The position numbers were made by a program, and so were the translations under genes. From Eledone cirrhosa (taxonomy: Eukaryota): a stretch of DNA of 64,000 nucleotides. The stretch lies in the NCBI GenBank assembly GCA_964016885.1, contig OZ024761.1, forward strand, positions 12,772,001 through 12,836,000, given 5' to 3'. The notes beneath the pieces were generated by a model. That model searched no databases. It saw only the letters and a program-made list of their open reading frames with translations, and was not told the origin of the DNA. Position 1 is the first letter of the stretch, and each line of letters opens with the position of its first letter. This document shows, in pieces, positions 1 through 16,300 of the stretch.

Positions 1-915
1 TCACTTACCACATCACTTACAACACCACCACAACCAATAACCACACCACACTACACCCCACCCCACACTACACCACCCCACACCACACCACACCACCCCA
101 CACTACACCACCCCACCCCACACCACACCACACCACACCACACCACAACCAATAACCACATCACTTACCACACTACACCACACTACACCACCCCACCCCA
201 CACTACACCACACCACACCACACCACACCACACCACACCACACCACACCACACCACACCACACCACACCACACCACACCACACCACACCACAACCAATAA
301 CCACACTCACTACACCACACTCACTACACCACACACCTCCACACCACACTCACTACTACATCACACCACACCACACTACGCTACACCACACCACACTACG
401 CTACACCACACTACGCCACACCACACCACACCACACCACACTACGCCACACCACACCACACCACACCACACCACACCACACCACACCACACCACACTCAC
501 TACTACATCACACCACACCACACTACGCTACACCACACTACGCCACACCACACCACACCACAACACACCACAACACACCACACCACACCACACCACACCA
601 CACCACACTCACTACTACATCACACTACACTACACTACGCTACGCCACACCACACCACACCACACCACACCACACCACACTCACTACTACATCACACTAC
701 ACTACACTACGCTACACCACACTACGCCACACCACACCACACCACAACACACCACAACACACCACACCACAACACACCACACCACACCACACCACACCAC
801 ACCACACTCACTACTACATCACACTACACTACACTACGCTACGCCACGCCACGCCATGCCACGCCCAATAACCACATCACTTACCACACCACACCACACC
901 ACACCACACCACACG
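1..915. repeat. (CACAC)n-type pentamer microsatellite
   Basis: caccacacca repeats running up to the SSU72 acceptor. Confidence 0.95.
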
Positions 916-948
916 GCCATTAATCTGTGAAATTGTTGATATTTACAG

Positions 949-1067
949 AACTGGAAAGTCGAGAGAAGGAAGACAGTTATCCAACCCACATCATAAATAT
1001 TGATATTCAGGACAACCATGAAGAGGCCACCATTGGGGCTTTTATGATCTGTGATTTAGTTACAAAG
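949..1067 (+). CDS. SSU72: SSU72 RNA polymerase II CTD phosphatase, penultimate coding exon (gene begins upstream of the window)
   Basis: tttacAG|AA acceptor and AAG|GTAACT donor; 119 nt. Encodes (E)LESREKEDSYPTHIINIDIQDNHEEATIGAFMICDLVTK, matching the SSU72 signature NVDIQDNHEEATLGAFLIC. Confidence 0.95.
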
Positions 1068-1074
1068 GTAACTT

Positions 1075-1660
1075 CCACCTCTCTACCACTCTCTCTTCTA
1101 TATCCACCTCTCTACCACTCTCTCTGCTATATCCACCTCTCTACCACTTTCTTTCCCACTCTCTCTTCTATATCCACCTCTCTACCCCTCTCTCTATCTC
1201 TCTCTGTCTCTCTCTTCTATATCCACCTCTCTACCCCTCTCTCTATCTCTCTCTTCTATATCCACCTCTCTACCACTCTCTCTGTCTCTCTCTCTATCTC
1301 TCTCTTCTATATCCACCTCTCTACCACTCTCTCTTCTATATCCACCTCTCTACCACTCTCTCTATCTCTACATCACTGCCTATCTTTATCTCTCTCTCTA
1401 CCTCTCTCTTCTACCTCTCTCTTCTACCTCTCTCTTCTACCTCTCTCTTCTACCTCTCTCTCTACCTCTCTCTCTACCTCTCTCTCTCTACCTCTCTCTC
1501 TACCTCTCTCTCTACCTCTCACTCTACCTCTCACTCTACCTCTCTCTCTACCTCTCTCCTACGTCTATCTCTGTCTCTACCACCTCTCTTTTCTATACCA
1601 CTCTCTCTCCACCTCTCTGTCTCTTTCTCCCTCACTCAACCACTCTCTCCCTCTCTCTCT
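1075..1660. repeat. CT-rich low-complexity tract/minisatellite
   Basis: ccacctctctaccactctctcttctatat and (ctacctctct)n units. Confidence 0.9.
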
Positions 1661-1885
1661 CTATATATATGTATGTGTATATATCATCATCATCATCGTT
1701 TAACGTCCATCTTCCACGCTAGCATGGGTTAGACAGGAGGTGTCCCACTTGAGGCAAGGTAGGTCGGGTGACTGTGTCTCGCTCGTATAGGACTGTCTGG
1801 CAGGTTTTCTACGGCTGGATGCCCTTCCTAACACCAACCACGTTTACAGTATATATATATGTGTGAGTGTGTGTGTATATATATC

Positions 1886-1937
<52 letters not shown>

Positions 1938-2480
1938 GATATTTGTGTGTCCAGCCCGTCCCTTCAATCTATCTTATTTCTCATTCTTCTTTCTTCTAAT
2001 GAAGGACTAGCGTCCGAAACGTTAACACCTCTCCCTGCTATTTCAAGTGTTAACCTAATATATCCCTTCCATATACTGTACCGATTGTGTTGTTATTTCT
2101 GTTTAACTTTTACATACATATATATATTTATTAAAATAACAGATTATATATACATATCTATCTATCTATCTAGGGCGGGTAAAATTCCCGAGATCCATGG
2201 ACGAGTTCTCTCCAGCGGTCTCTGTCCCTCATTATCGCTGCCATGTCCTGCGTCTCCAACAGACCAGCGTCTGTCCTTAGGGTATCAACATACTTTAACC
2301 TTGGTCTTCCTCTTCTAGTGTGTCCATGAAAAGATCCCGTTACGGGTGAAAGCAGCGATTCTTTGCTTAAACTTTAATCTGTTATTTTAATAAATATTTG
2401 CTCTAGGGTTCTTATATATCTGATATATATTTATCCTTATCAAGCCCTCTTTGGATTTTAGTCTTCACATTTATTATTAA

Positions 2481-2518
<38 letters not shown>

Positions 2519-2519
2519 G

Positions 2520-4010
2520 GGGACGTAGGCATCAGGGGACGTAGGCACTAAACTGGTTGCACGCATAATCAATCAGGCTATATATGGTGGTGTCATACCC
2601 AAAGACTGGTGCAGCAGTATTCTCATAAATTGCTACAGGGGTAAGGGGGATGCTTTGGAGAGGAGCAATTGTGGGGGTATAAGACTGATAGATCAGGTTA
2701 TGAGAGTGGCAGAAAGGATTTTAGCACAACTAATTAGAGAAAGGGTCAGGCTGGATGGGATGCGGTTTGGTTTTGTGCCTGGGAGGAGTGCGGCGGATGC
2801 CCTCTTCTTGGTGAGACAAATGCAAGAGAGGTTCTTAGAGAAGAATAAGCCACTATACTTAGCCTTTGTTGACCTAGAGAGGGCCTTTGATAGGGTACCC
2901 CGATCTGTCATCTGGTGGTCCCTAAGGAAGCTGGGTGTTGAGGAATGGCTTGTAAGGACAGTGCAAACTTTGTACAGAGGTACTCTCAGTAAAGTCAGGG
3001 TAGGAATGGAGTTTAGTGAGGAATTCCAGATGCAGGTGGGAGTGCATCAGGGTTCGGTCCTCAGCCCGCTCTTGTTCATTATAGTCCTCCGGGCCATAAC
3101 AGAGGAGTTTGAGACTGGCTGTCCATGGGAACTTCTCTATGCTGACGATCTGGCTCTTATGGCAGAATCAGTAGAGGAGCTAGAGAATAAATTCCAGCTA
3201 TGGAAACAGCAGTTGGAAGCAAGAGGACTGAGAGTAAATCTAGCTAAGACAGGTAAATCTAGCTAAGATGTGGCGGGATGGCGGGCAAACTAACGGGTAG
3301 GGAGAGGTATGTATGCAGTGGATGTACAGGGAGATTGGACGGTAGGGGTCGCACTGATAGACACATTTTTCAAATGCGAGAGGGCGCTGTGGAAGTGGTG
3401 GATGGCTTCCGGTGCCTGGGGGATCGGATTGGCGTGGGAGGAGGGTGTTCCGAGGCCATAGTGTCTGGAGTGAGGACGGGTTGGAAGAAGTTTAGGGAGC
3501 TGCTTCCTCTGTTGACAAAGAAGGGTTTCTCCCTGCGTACGAAAGGCCGGTTGTATGATGCCTGTGTGAGGAGCGCGATGCTGCATGGTAGTGAGACATG
3601 GGCAGCTACCGCAGAAGATATGCGACGGCTGGAGAGAAATGAGGCAAGCATGCTCCGTTGGATGTGCAGTGTAAATGTGCGTGAACGACCCAGCATGAAT
3701 GTGTTGAGAGGGAGACTGTGTCTGGGAGGGATGGAGTGTGGTGTGCGGGAGGGGAGACTGAGGTGGTGTGGGCGTGTGATGCGCATGGAGGATGACCGAT
3801 GGGTGAAGAAGTGCCAGGGGGTGCCAGTTGAGGGAGGGCGTGGTAGAGGTAGACCACGAGGGGCATGGGCGGAGGTGGTGAGAGCAGACCTCGGATCATT
3901 GGGGCTCACGGTGGAGATGGCGGGGGACCGTGACGAGTGGAGAGATGCTGTGCTGAATAAGACCCGTCCCACCCTTGCAAGCAGGGAAAAGCGGACGTAA
4001 AATGATGATG
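2520..4010 (+). mobile_element. 5'-truncated RTE-clade LINE (RT domain and C-terminus), A-to-G hypermutated, in the last SSU72 intron
   Basis: RT motifs FVDLE(R)AFD, GVHQGSVLSPLLF and LYADD; C-terminal GRGRPR..W; (ATG)n tail; flanking direct repeat ATAAACG at 2513-2519 and 4011-4017 (TSD). Frame is broken near 3250. Confidence 0.95.
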
Positions 4011-4460
4011 ATAAACGAAAGGTATAGAAAATATTGTAGCAAAAAGCCAATATATATATATATATATATATATTGGCTTTTAATATATATATATATATTA
4101 ATTCAAAATATTAACAAAATAGATATATATTTTGAATTAATATTAATAACTCCGGAAAAACATAGCTGTTGAGTGCTTCCAATCTATTGTAAAACTCATT
4201 CTTTGATTTATTCATTGAACCTTGTTTAACCTTTAAATATATATATATATATATGTGTAGAGGTTATATTTAATTTGTTGGGATACAACAAGCAAAATAT
4301 TTTTTGTATATTTAGATGCATGTGTATATATATTTACATGTATATTTATATTACCCTTTTACCATCAAAAAGTGTATGTATAGTACATAGGGTAATGTAC
4401 AAACGTCAGGAAAATGAACAGTGCATGTGTGTATATTTATATGTGTATATAAACAACAAC

Positions 4461-5078
4461 CCTGAGCACCTTTTTGATCTCCATGCGTCTAACACACGTG
4501 GAGATGCCTACATAATCAGAAAACAGCACAGCTCCCATGACTTTCGTAAACATTTTTTTTCACGCTCAGAGTTGCTGAAGCATGGAACAAACTGCCTGCA
4601 TCAGTTGTTAGATGTCGAGACACTGCATCCTTTAAAACCTCCATTGAACAAACTACCTGCGTCAGTTGTTAGCTGTCGAGACACTGCATCCATTAAAACC
4701 TCCATGGAACAAACTCCCTGCATCAGTTGTTAGCTGTCGAGACACTGCATCCATTAAAACCTCCATGGAACAAACTCCCTGCATCAGTTGTTAGCTGCCA
4801 AGACACTGCATCCTTTAAAACCTCCATGTAACAAACTACCTGCGTCAGTTGTTAGCTGCCGAGACACTGCATCCATTAAAACCCTCATGCTTCCCGGAAT
4901 ACGCCAAAACTACACCTAATATTCCCCCTTCCATACACATGCACACATGTATATCATGACTCATGCACTGTTCATTTTCCTGACGTTTGTACATTACCCT
5001 ATGTACTATACATACACTTTTTGATGAGTTGTAGTGCACCTGAGCACTGTACACAATATTTTCATTATTATTATTATT
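4461..5078 (+). mobile_element. CR1-like LINE 3' end with five 61-bp tandem units (4581-4885)
   Basis: NTRG(D)AYIIRKQHSSHDFRKHFF..RVAEAWNKLPASVV is a CR1-type C-terminus; (ATT)n tail. Confidence 0.8.
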
Positions 5079-5129
5079 TTATATATGTGTATATATATTT
5101 ATATGTGTATATATTTTGTTATTTTCCAG

Positions 5130-5231
5130 CTACACCAAAGTGATGATATTGACAACGATGTTGATGAAATAGTGCAACTGTTTGAAGAAAGACTTAAACA
5201 ACCAATTCTACACACCATGGCTTTCTGTTGA
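5130..5231 (+). CDS. SSU72: SSU72 last coding exon
   Basis: ttttccAG| acceptor, phase 0 matching the previous donor; 102 nt. Encodes LHQSDDIDNDVDEIVQLFEERLKQPILHTMAFC*, which aligns with the human C-terminus IQHTEDMENEIDELLQEFEEKSGRTFLHTVCFY. Confidence 0.93.
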   Translation, partial: LHQSDDIDNDVDEIVQLFEERLKQPILHTMAFC

Positions 5232-5364
5232 AAACATCTGATGAGACTGACTGAAGAAGATAGGGGTTTGTTGAAAGATGAGGGGAAAGGATGGGAGGGG
5301 GGGCGGACGAGAAAGGGAAGTGGATTGATGCTAGTTTGTTTTTTTTCTTTATTTAGAGCCACAT

Positions 5365-8850
<3,486 letters not shown>

Positions 8851-10804
8851 AATGACAAAAAATATACCTATATCCTTCCAAACACTTCACCACACTGCGC
8901 CACCTCACTACTGCACCCCACCACACTGCGCCACCCCACCAATCTGCCCCGCCCTCCCAATTTGTTTTTTTTTGTTTTTGATTTTTTTCTTATTTTCTCC
9001 TTCACAAATTGTTGTTTTCTCCTTCACAAATTGTTGTTGTTTTAATTAACAACAACAACAACAACAACAAATATTTACTTTTGATTTCACTAAAAAAAAA
9101 CCCCTGAAGACTTCCAATCAAATTCCTTTTTTGTTTCTTTTACATTGATTTTTTCATATTTTGACTTGCCCAACCCTCACCCTTTATCTCCCCCACACCA
9201 CTCCTTGTCTTTATCTCCCTTTATCTCCCCCACTCCTTGGCTTTATCTCCCTCACTCCACTCCCACCCTTTATTTCCCCCACACCACTCTCTGGCTTCAT
9301 CTCCCCCACACTCAACCACCCCACCCTTTATCTCCCCTAGTCCAACCCTACTCTTTATCTCCATCTCACCCCACACTCCCCTCCCCGTTATCTCCCCTAG
9401 TCCCCACCCTTTGTCTCTCCCACTCCCCACCTTTATATTCCCACACTCACCTCTCGTTAAAATACTTTGTTTTTTTACCCACCATTTTTCACCTCCCTCC
9501 CCTCTCTACTTCTCTACCCCTGACCATTCATTGCCCCCTCCCCACCTCTCTACTGCTTACCATTGCCCACTCCCCACCATTTCCCCCTCCCCTACATTCA
9601 CATTGTACACCCCACCCACCCCCAATTTATTTCAAGTATGTAATGTTTTGATGAAGAGAAAATTGAAAATATGAGAAAATACTCAATATTAAAACTGCCT
9701 TTGTGTTTTTTTTTTTATTATGTTGTGTTTGTTAATTGTTTTGATACCTGAAATAGTTTCAGCTTGATTTGTTTGAACGTCTATCTTCCACGCTAGCATA
9801 GATTGGTCAGCTGACCGTGTCTCGCTCGTATAGGACTATCTGGCAGGTTTTCTACGGCTGGATGCCCTTCCTAACATCAACCACGTTTACAGTGTGGACT
9901 GGGAGCTTTTCACCACGTTACCTACACAGCCACATTACAGCGTGGAATTTCATTTCATTTTACGTCCGCTTTTTCCCTGCTTGCAAGGGTGGGACGGGAA
10001 CTGATTCTGGCTTGATTTCTACAGCTGGATGCCCTTCCTAACACCAACCTCATTTACAGTGAGTGCTGGGTGCTTTTTGCTGTGGCACCTCCACGACCAC
10101 TTTGCAGTGGAATGATATGGACCCCAGTCCCTATCATCTCATTTCTACAGCTGAGTAAACTGGAACAATGTGAAAAAGTGTCTTGCTCAAGGAAACAACA
10201 CATCACCCGGTCTGAGAATTGAACTGACAACCTTTCGTTTGCAAGGCTAATGCTCTAACCACTAGGCCATGTGCCTCCATTGTCTGTGTGTTTTTTTTTG
10301 TTGTCATGACACCTTCACAATAGTAAAAACTTTATATTTACTATTGTTTTCACAGTATATGAACAGTGTCTTGAGTAACGAACATGCAAGCCAGCAAGAA
10401 TGGTTTGCAACAAACTGGGAGTATCAGTGGGAAAAACGTCACTTGCTGTGTAGTTAGTTACTATGATGATATCTATGTCTTTCACACAGTCTCAGTATTT
10501 TGTATGGGAAAAGTAGTTTCGGTTTTTTGAACATTTCATGTGACAAATGACCTTCAGGAATGAATTAAGTTGAAGTTAGGTTCCACTGTAGTATTGTTAG
10601 ATCTCTCCAAATCTTTGTAGGAAAAGTGTTAACCCTTTAGCATTTAATTGGCTGTATCTGGCTGGAATTCTCTCACCTCTTTCTGTTCAAACTGGCCATA
10701 ACCATCTCCTCATACTGATGTTAAGGTATTATTCTCAATAAATAATATCAAAATCTCATATTCGATATTAGTTGAGATAAAGCCTTTACCATGAAAATAC
10801 CATA

Positions 10805-10996
10805 GTATTATCATCATTATTTTACAAGCGCTTTTCCCTGCTTGCAAGGGTGGGACAGGTCCTATTCAGCACGGCATCTCTCCACTTGTCACGGTCTTTT
10901 GTCATCTCCTCTGTGAGTTTCAGCAATCTGAGGTCTGCTCTCACCACCTCCGCCCATGTTTTTTGTGGTCTTCCTCGACTGCGTTTTCCTTCTACA
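10805..10996 (-). mobile_element. RTE LINE 3' fragment (same family as 2520-4010, not hypermutated)
   Basis: Encodes GRPQKTWAEVVRADLRLLKLTEEMTKDRDKWRDAVLN followed by the cccacccttgcaagcagggaaaagc tail. Confidence 0.9.
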
Positions 10997-11678
10997 TAAT
11001 ATGGATGAGGCGTCGAATTATATTTACTGAGGTGTGAGATGTGTTGCATGATTGTTCAATTTCTGGAATCGAAAGCTCATCAGACTTTTGTTATATAAAT
11101 ATATGTATAATATTGAGCACTGTTTGGATTTTAGTCTTCACATTTACTATATAAATATATATATATATAGGGCAGTGGATTGGCAGAGTGTCGGAAACCA
11201 TGCTTTGCAGCATAGTTATGGCCCTTTATGAGCTGAGTTCAAATCCCACCAAGGTTAACTTTGCCTTTCATCCTTATGGGGTCGATAAAATAAAGTACCA
11301 GTAATGTACTGGCCTTGTGCCAAAAGTAGAAACAATTATTATTACTATATATATATATATATATAGCTGTTTTTGAAATTACCTGCCTTTAACAAGCTCT
11401 TATATATTCTTGTCAAAAGAGATTACGTTCAACATTTAGCGGCCATCTTTGTTTTTATAACAGGCTGAATAAGTTGGAGAGCGTAAACCAATGAAACTTA
11501 CGTACCTGTATATGTTACTGTAACTATACTTAACTCATCCTATGGACTGAGTGCTCTTACCCTCGGATATTTCTGCCAAACTTTTACTACAGTGTATTAT
11601 ATAGATTTTGTATATATATTAAAAAATATATTATATATATTTTTTTAATATATTTTGTATATATATATTTTATATATA

Positions 11679-11713
<35 letters not shown>

Positions 11714-11786
11714 TCATTTTATGTCCGCTTTTCCCTGCTATTTAATATATAAATTATATACATATATATATATATATTTTATATAC

Positions 11787-11823
<37 letters not shown>

Positions 11824-12176
11824 TTTATATTACATATAGCTGTGGTTATGCTTTTGCTGAAACTTCATTCCATGAAACATTACATCAACAATGGATGTCA
11901 TCCATGAACTTCTCTTCAATGACAAAACAACCATCAAACAAAGCTTGAAAGCAGTTTAGAAAACATCTAAATAGAAATTTAATTCCAAAAAGAAGAAACT
12001 GGATCATTTTTCTCTGAGTTCCTTAAACTCTGAAGAAGGGAATTTAAGTCCCGTAATATTAGGACAAAAGAAACAATAGGAACAACAAAACTAAACAAAA
12101 CAGATTTTAAGGTAACTTTTTGTTAGATTCATCTTACTGTTTATTTGGCATTGTTTAGCCTTATATTACTTTCCAC

Positions 12177-12210
<34 letters not shown>

Positions 12211-12339
12211 CGATTGATGAACTATCTGCTATGTTAGCACGGGCTAGAATATATATCATACTATATTATATATACATATTCTATAGTATATATATATATA
12301 TATATATACTTATCTCGGGAATTTTACCTGCCCTAGATA

Positions 12340-12662
12340 GATATATACTATCTATGTATATATATTAGATATATACTATCTATGTATATATATTATATAT
12401 TATATATATATATTATATATATATATTATATATTATATATATATATTATATATATATATATTATATATATATTATATATATTATATACTATATATATATA
12501 TATATTATATATATATATATTATATATATATTATATATATTATATACTATATATATATATATGTATATATTATATATTATATATATATTATATATATTAT
12601 ATACTATATATATATATATGTATATATTATATACTATATATATATATATATATATTATATAC

Positions 12663-12693
<31 letters not shown>

Positions 12694-13740
12694 CTATATA
12701 TATATATATATATATTATATACTATATATATATATATATATATTATATACTATATATATATATATATATATATTATATACTATATATATATATATATATA
12801 TTATATACTATATATATATATTATATACTATATATATATTATATACTATATATATATATTATATACTATATATATATATTATATACTATATATATATTAT
12901 ATACTATATATATATATTATATACTATATATATATATATATATTATATACTATATATATATATATATATTATATACTATATATATATATATATTATATAC
13001 TATATATATATATTATATACTATATATATATATATATATTATATACTATATATATATATATATTATATACTATATATATATATTATATACTATATATATA
13101 TATATATATTATATACTATATATATATATATATTATATGACTATATATATATTATATACTATATATATATATATTATATACTATATATATATATACTATA
13201 TATATATATATATTATATACTATATATATATATATATTATATACTATATATATATATATATTATATACTATATATATATATATATTATATACTATATATA
13301 TATATATATTATATACTATATATATATATATATTATATACTATATATATATATATATTATATACTATATATATATTATATACTATATATATATTATATAC
13401 TATATATATATTATATACTATATATATATTATATACTATATATATATTATATACTATATATATATATATATTATATACTATATATATATATATATTATAT
13501 ACTATATATATATATATATATACTATATATATATATATATATACTATATATATATATACTATATATACTATATATATATATACTATATATATATATATAT
13601 ATATACTATATATATATATATATATATACTATATATATATATATATATATACTATATATATATATATATATATACTATATATATATATATATTATATACT
13701 ATATATATATATATATATTATATATATATATTATATATTA
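12340..13740. repeat. (TA)n/tattatatac microsatellite field (similar field at 16316-17050)
   Basis: Direct inspection. Confidence 0.95.
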
Positions 13741-15351
13741 TAAAATAAAGTTAAATAAAAGTCAAATGATTAAAATTTAGCTTCGTTTATTACTGCTATA
13801 TATATTTCAGTGACAGCCATCTTTGGCTGTGACCTCTTCAGGCAGTTTGAATTAGTATGGTAGAGACAAGTACATATGTTGTTTAGGTGTATGATATTGT
13901 CAATACTCTGATATGCCCAGTTCCTTGTTGGGTTGTTAATTCACTGGGGAACTGGAGTCATATGAATTCAAACAAACGAATTTTAGTGTCACAGGTCCCC
14001 TTCTCCTCTCATTGGTCCCCTTCTCATTGGTCAGTTATTAGTGTTGTCATAGAGCCGGGACCTTTCTCAAAATATATGGACAGTAGCAACACAAGAAGAT
14101 GTGAACTCCCCTCAAGCTATAGGGACTTCTACAGAACATGAAAACACCTCTCGGCCAGACCTCCCTCAAGCTATATGGACAATTACAACACCCTAGGTTG
14201 TGAACTCCCCTCAAGCCATAGGGAACAACCCAGGCGGAGCAGACACCATGATAGCCTAGAGACAGAATCAGACACAGCCATAATAATCTGGCCAACATCT
14301 ATAACACAAACACTTTTAATTTACCAGATTTCTGACTTTAAAGTTCCAATCTTAAATCTTGATTTCTCTATATTAATTTGTTATTTGTTTTCTGCCCTCT
14401 TCACTGTATAACCTTATTAACACAAACACATTGAATATCTCATCTTAACATCTTGTATCATACCAATCTATCCAACATATTCTGACCTTGAGATTGGTTA
14501 TAGCACACACACACACACACTTTATCCTACATTATTTCTCACTTCTCCATATACATTATCATTACTTTTTCACCAATCTCTCATTTACTCTTTATTCTTT
14601 ATTCTCTATTTATTTATTTATTTTCAAATTACACAAATTATATTAATTATTTTATTTTATTATATTATTTATTTATCTTCTGTTTTCTTCATTTATTGCC
14701 TTATATTTCTTCATATACATGAAATAAACCCCCCCCCCCACCACCACCACTACGATGGTGGCGGGTGGGATGAAGAGAAAACACAAACTGAATACTTCTA
14801 AATTGTTAGCAGCAGCAAGATATAAGCTGACCACTACAACAACAACAGTACCAAAATAATGGTGGAGGTCAAATGTACTGAACAATAGCAGGCATAAACA
14901 CTACAGGGAGCCTCACCCCAGAAAGAATTCTATAGACTTCTGACTGAGGAATGCTCTCAGAACTGAACAATGGGAAGTTTGACACATTTTTTGATATTTT
15001 GTTCCTTCAACACCTGTCCCTTCTACCATTTTATCAATTTTTAAGCTAACTCCAACAATGACAACACTAATAACTGACCAATGAGAGGAGAAGGGGACCT
15101 GTGACACTAAAATTCGTTTGTTTGAATTCATATGACTCCAGTTCCCCAGTGAATTAACAACCCAACAAGGAACTGGGCATATCAGAGTATTGACAATATC
15201 ATACACCTAAACAACATATGTACTTGTCTATACCATACTAATTCAAACTGCCTGAAGAGGTCGCAGCCAAAGATGGCTGTCACTGAAATATATATAGCAG
15301 TAATAAACGAAGCTAAATTTTAATCATTTGACTTTTATTTAACTTTATTTT
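13741..15351. mobile_element. Penelope-like element remnant with ~300-bp inverted terminal repeats (13741-14050 / 15058-15351)
   Basis: The arms are near-perfect reverse complements, each carrying a minimal hammerhead motif; (TA)n-rich flanks. No intact RT or GIY-YIG ORF was recognised in the interior. Confidence 0.6.
15247..15301 (+). ncRNA. Minimal type I hammerhead ribozyme (mirror copy 13792-13846, - strand)
   Basis: ACTGC-CTGAAGA-[ggtcgcagcc aaagat ggctgtcact]-GAAA-tatata-TA^GCAGT; stem I ACTGC/GCAGT pairs perfectly. Confidence 0.75.
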
Positions 15352-16104
15352 ACACTACTCCGGAGTAACCAAACCAACCTGCGCACTTCGTCGAGTGCTC
15401 CAGCCTGCATACTGAGGTGTTGGTATACAACCAACATAAACTCAAAATCTATTATATATTATATATATATATTATATATATATATTATATATATATATTA
15501 TATATATATATTATATATATATATTATATATTATATATATATATTATATATATATATATTATATGTATATATTATATGTATATATTATATATATATATTA
15601 TATATATATATAATATATATAGGTTGACTTTGCCTTTCATCCTTACGGGGTCGATAAAATAAAGTACCAGTAATGCACTGGGTAATTACTGGCCTTGTGC
15701 CTAAAGTAGAAACAATTATATATATATATTATATATATATATATTATATATTATATATATATATTATATATATATATTATATATATATATTATATATATA
15801 TATTATATATATATATTCATCATCATCATCATCATCATCACCGTTTTACGTCCGTTCTTCCACGCTAGCATGGGTTAGACGGGTTGTCCTGTTGTGGGCA
15901 GTGTCTGGTCGGCTGACCATGCCTTACTCATACAGGAACTGATCTGGCTTGATTTTTACAGCTGGATGCCCTTCCTAACACCAACCTCATTTACAGTGAG
16001 TGCTGGGTGCTTTTTCGTGGCGCCTACACGTCCACTTTACAGTGTGGGCTGGGTGCTTTTTTGCCGTGGCACCTCCACGACCACCTTGCGGTGGGGGGGG
16101 GGGG

Positions 16105-16300
16105 GCATATTGTTTATATGCTTCAGCATGTACCCATGGGAGGTCGGGTACCCTGTATTACTGCGTGACGCCAGAAGTCACGGTCGTGTGTCATTGACTT
16201 TGAGAGGTGTAGTTGGGTAAGGTCGGCTTTTATCACCTCATCCCAAGTCATCTTGGGTCTCCCACTCCGCGGTTTCCATCAACTTCTAGTGCTCTGCACC
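16105..16300 (-). mobile_element. 3' fragment of a second RTE subfamily
   Basis: The minus strand reads GRPKMTWDEVIKADLTQLHLSKSMTHDRDFWRHAV. Confidence 0.75.

Noticed and set aside
927-1703. 258-aa ORF as a single-exon gene
   Set aside because: Only 949-1067 is SSU72 exon; the rest is read-through into a CT-rich intronic repeat.
5226-5240. Cys-TGA at the SSU72 end as a selenocysteine motif
   Set aside because: The TGA aligns with the normal SSU72 stop (102-nt last exon) and I could not identify a SECIS.
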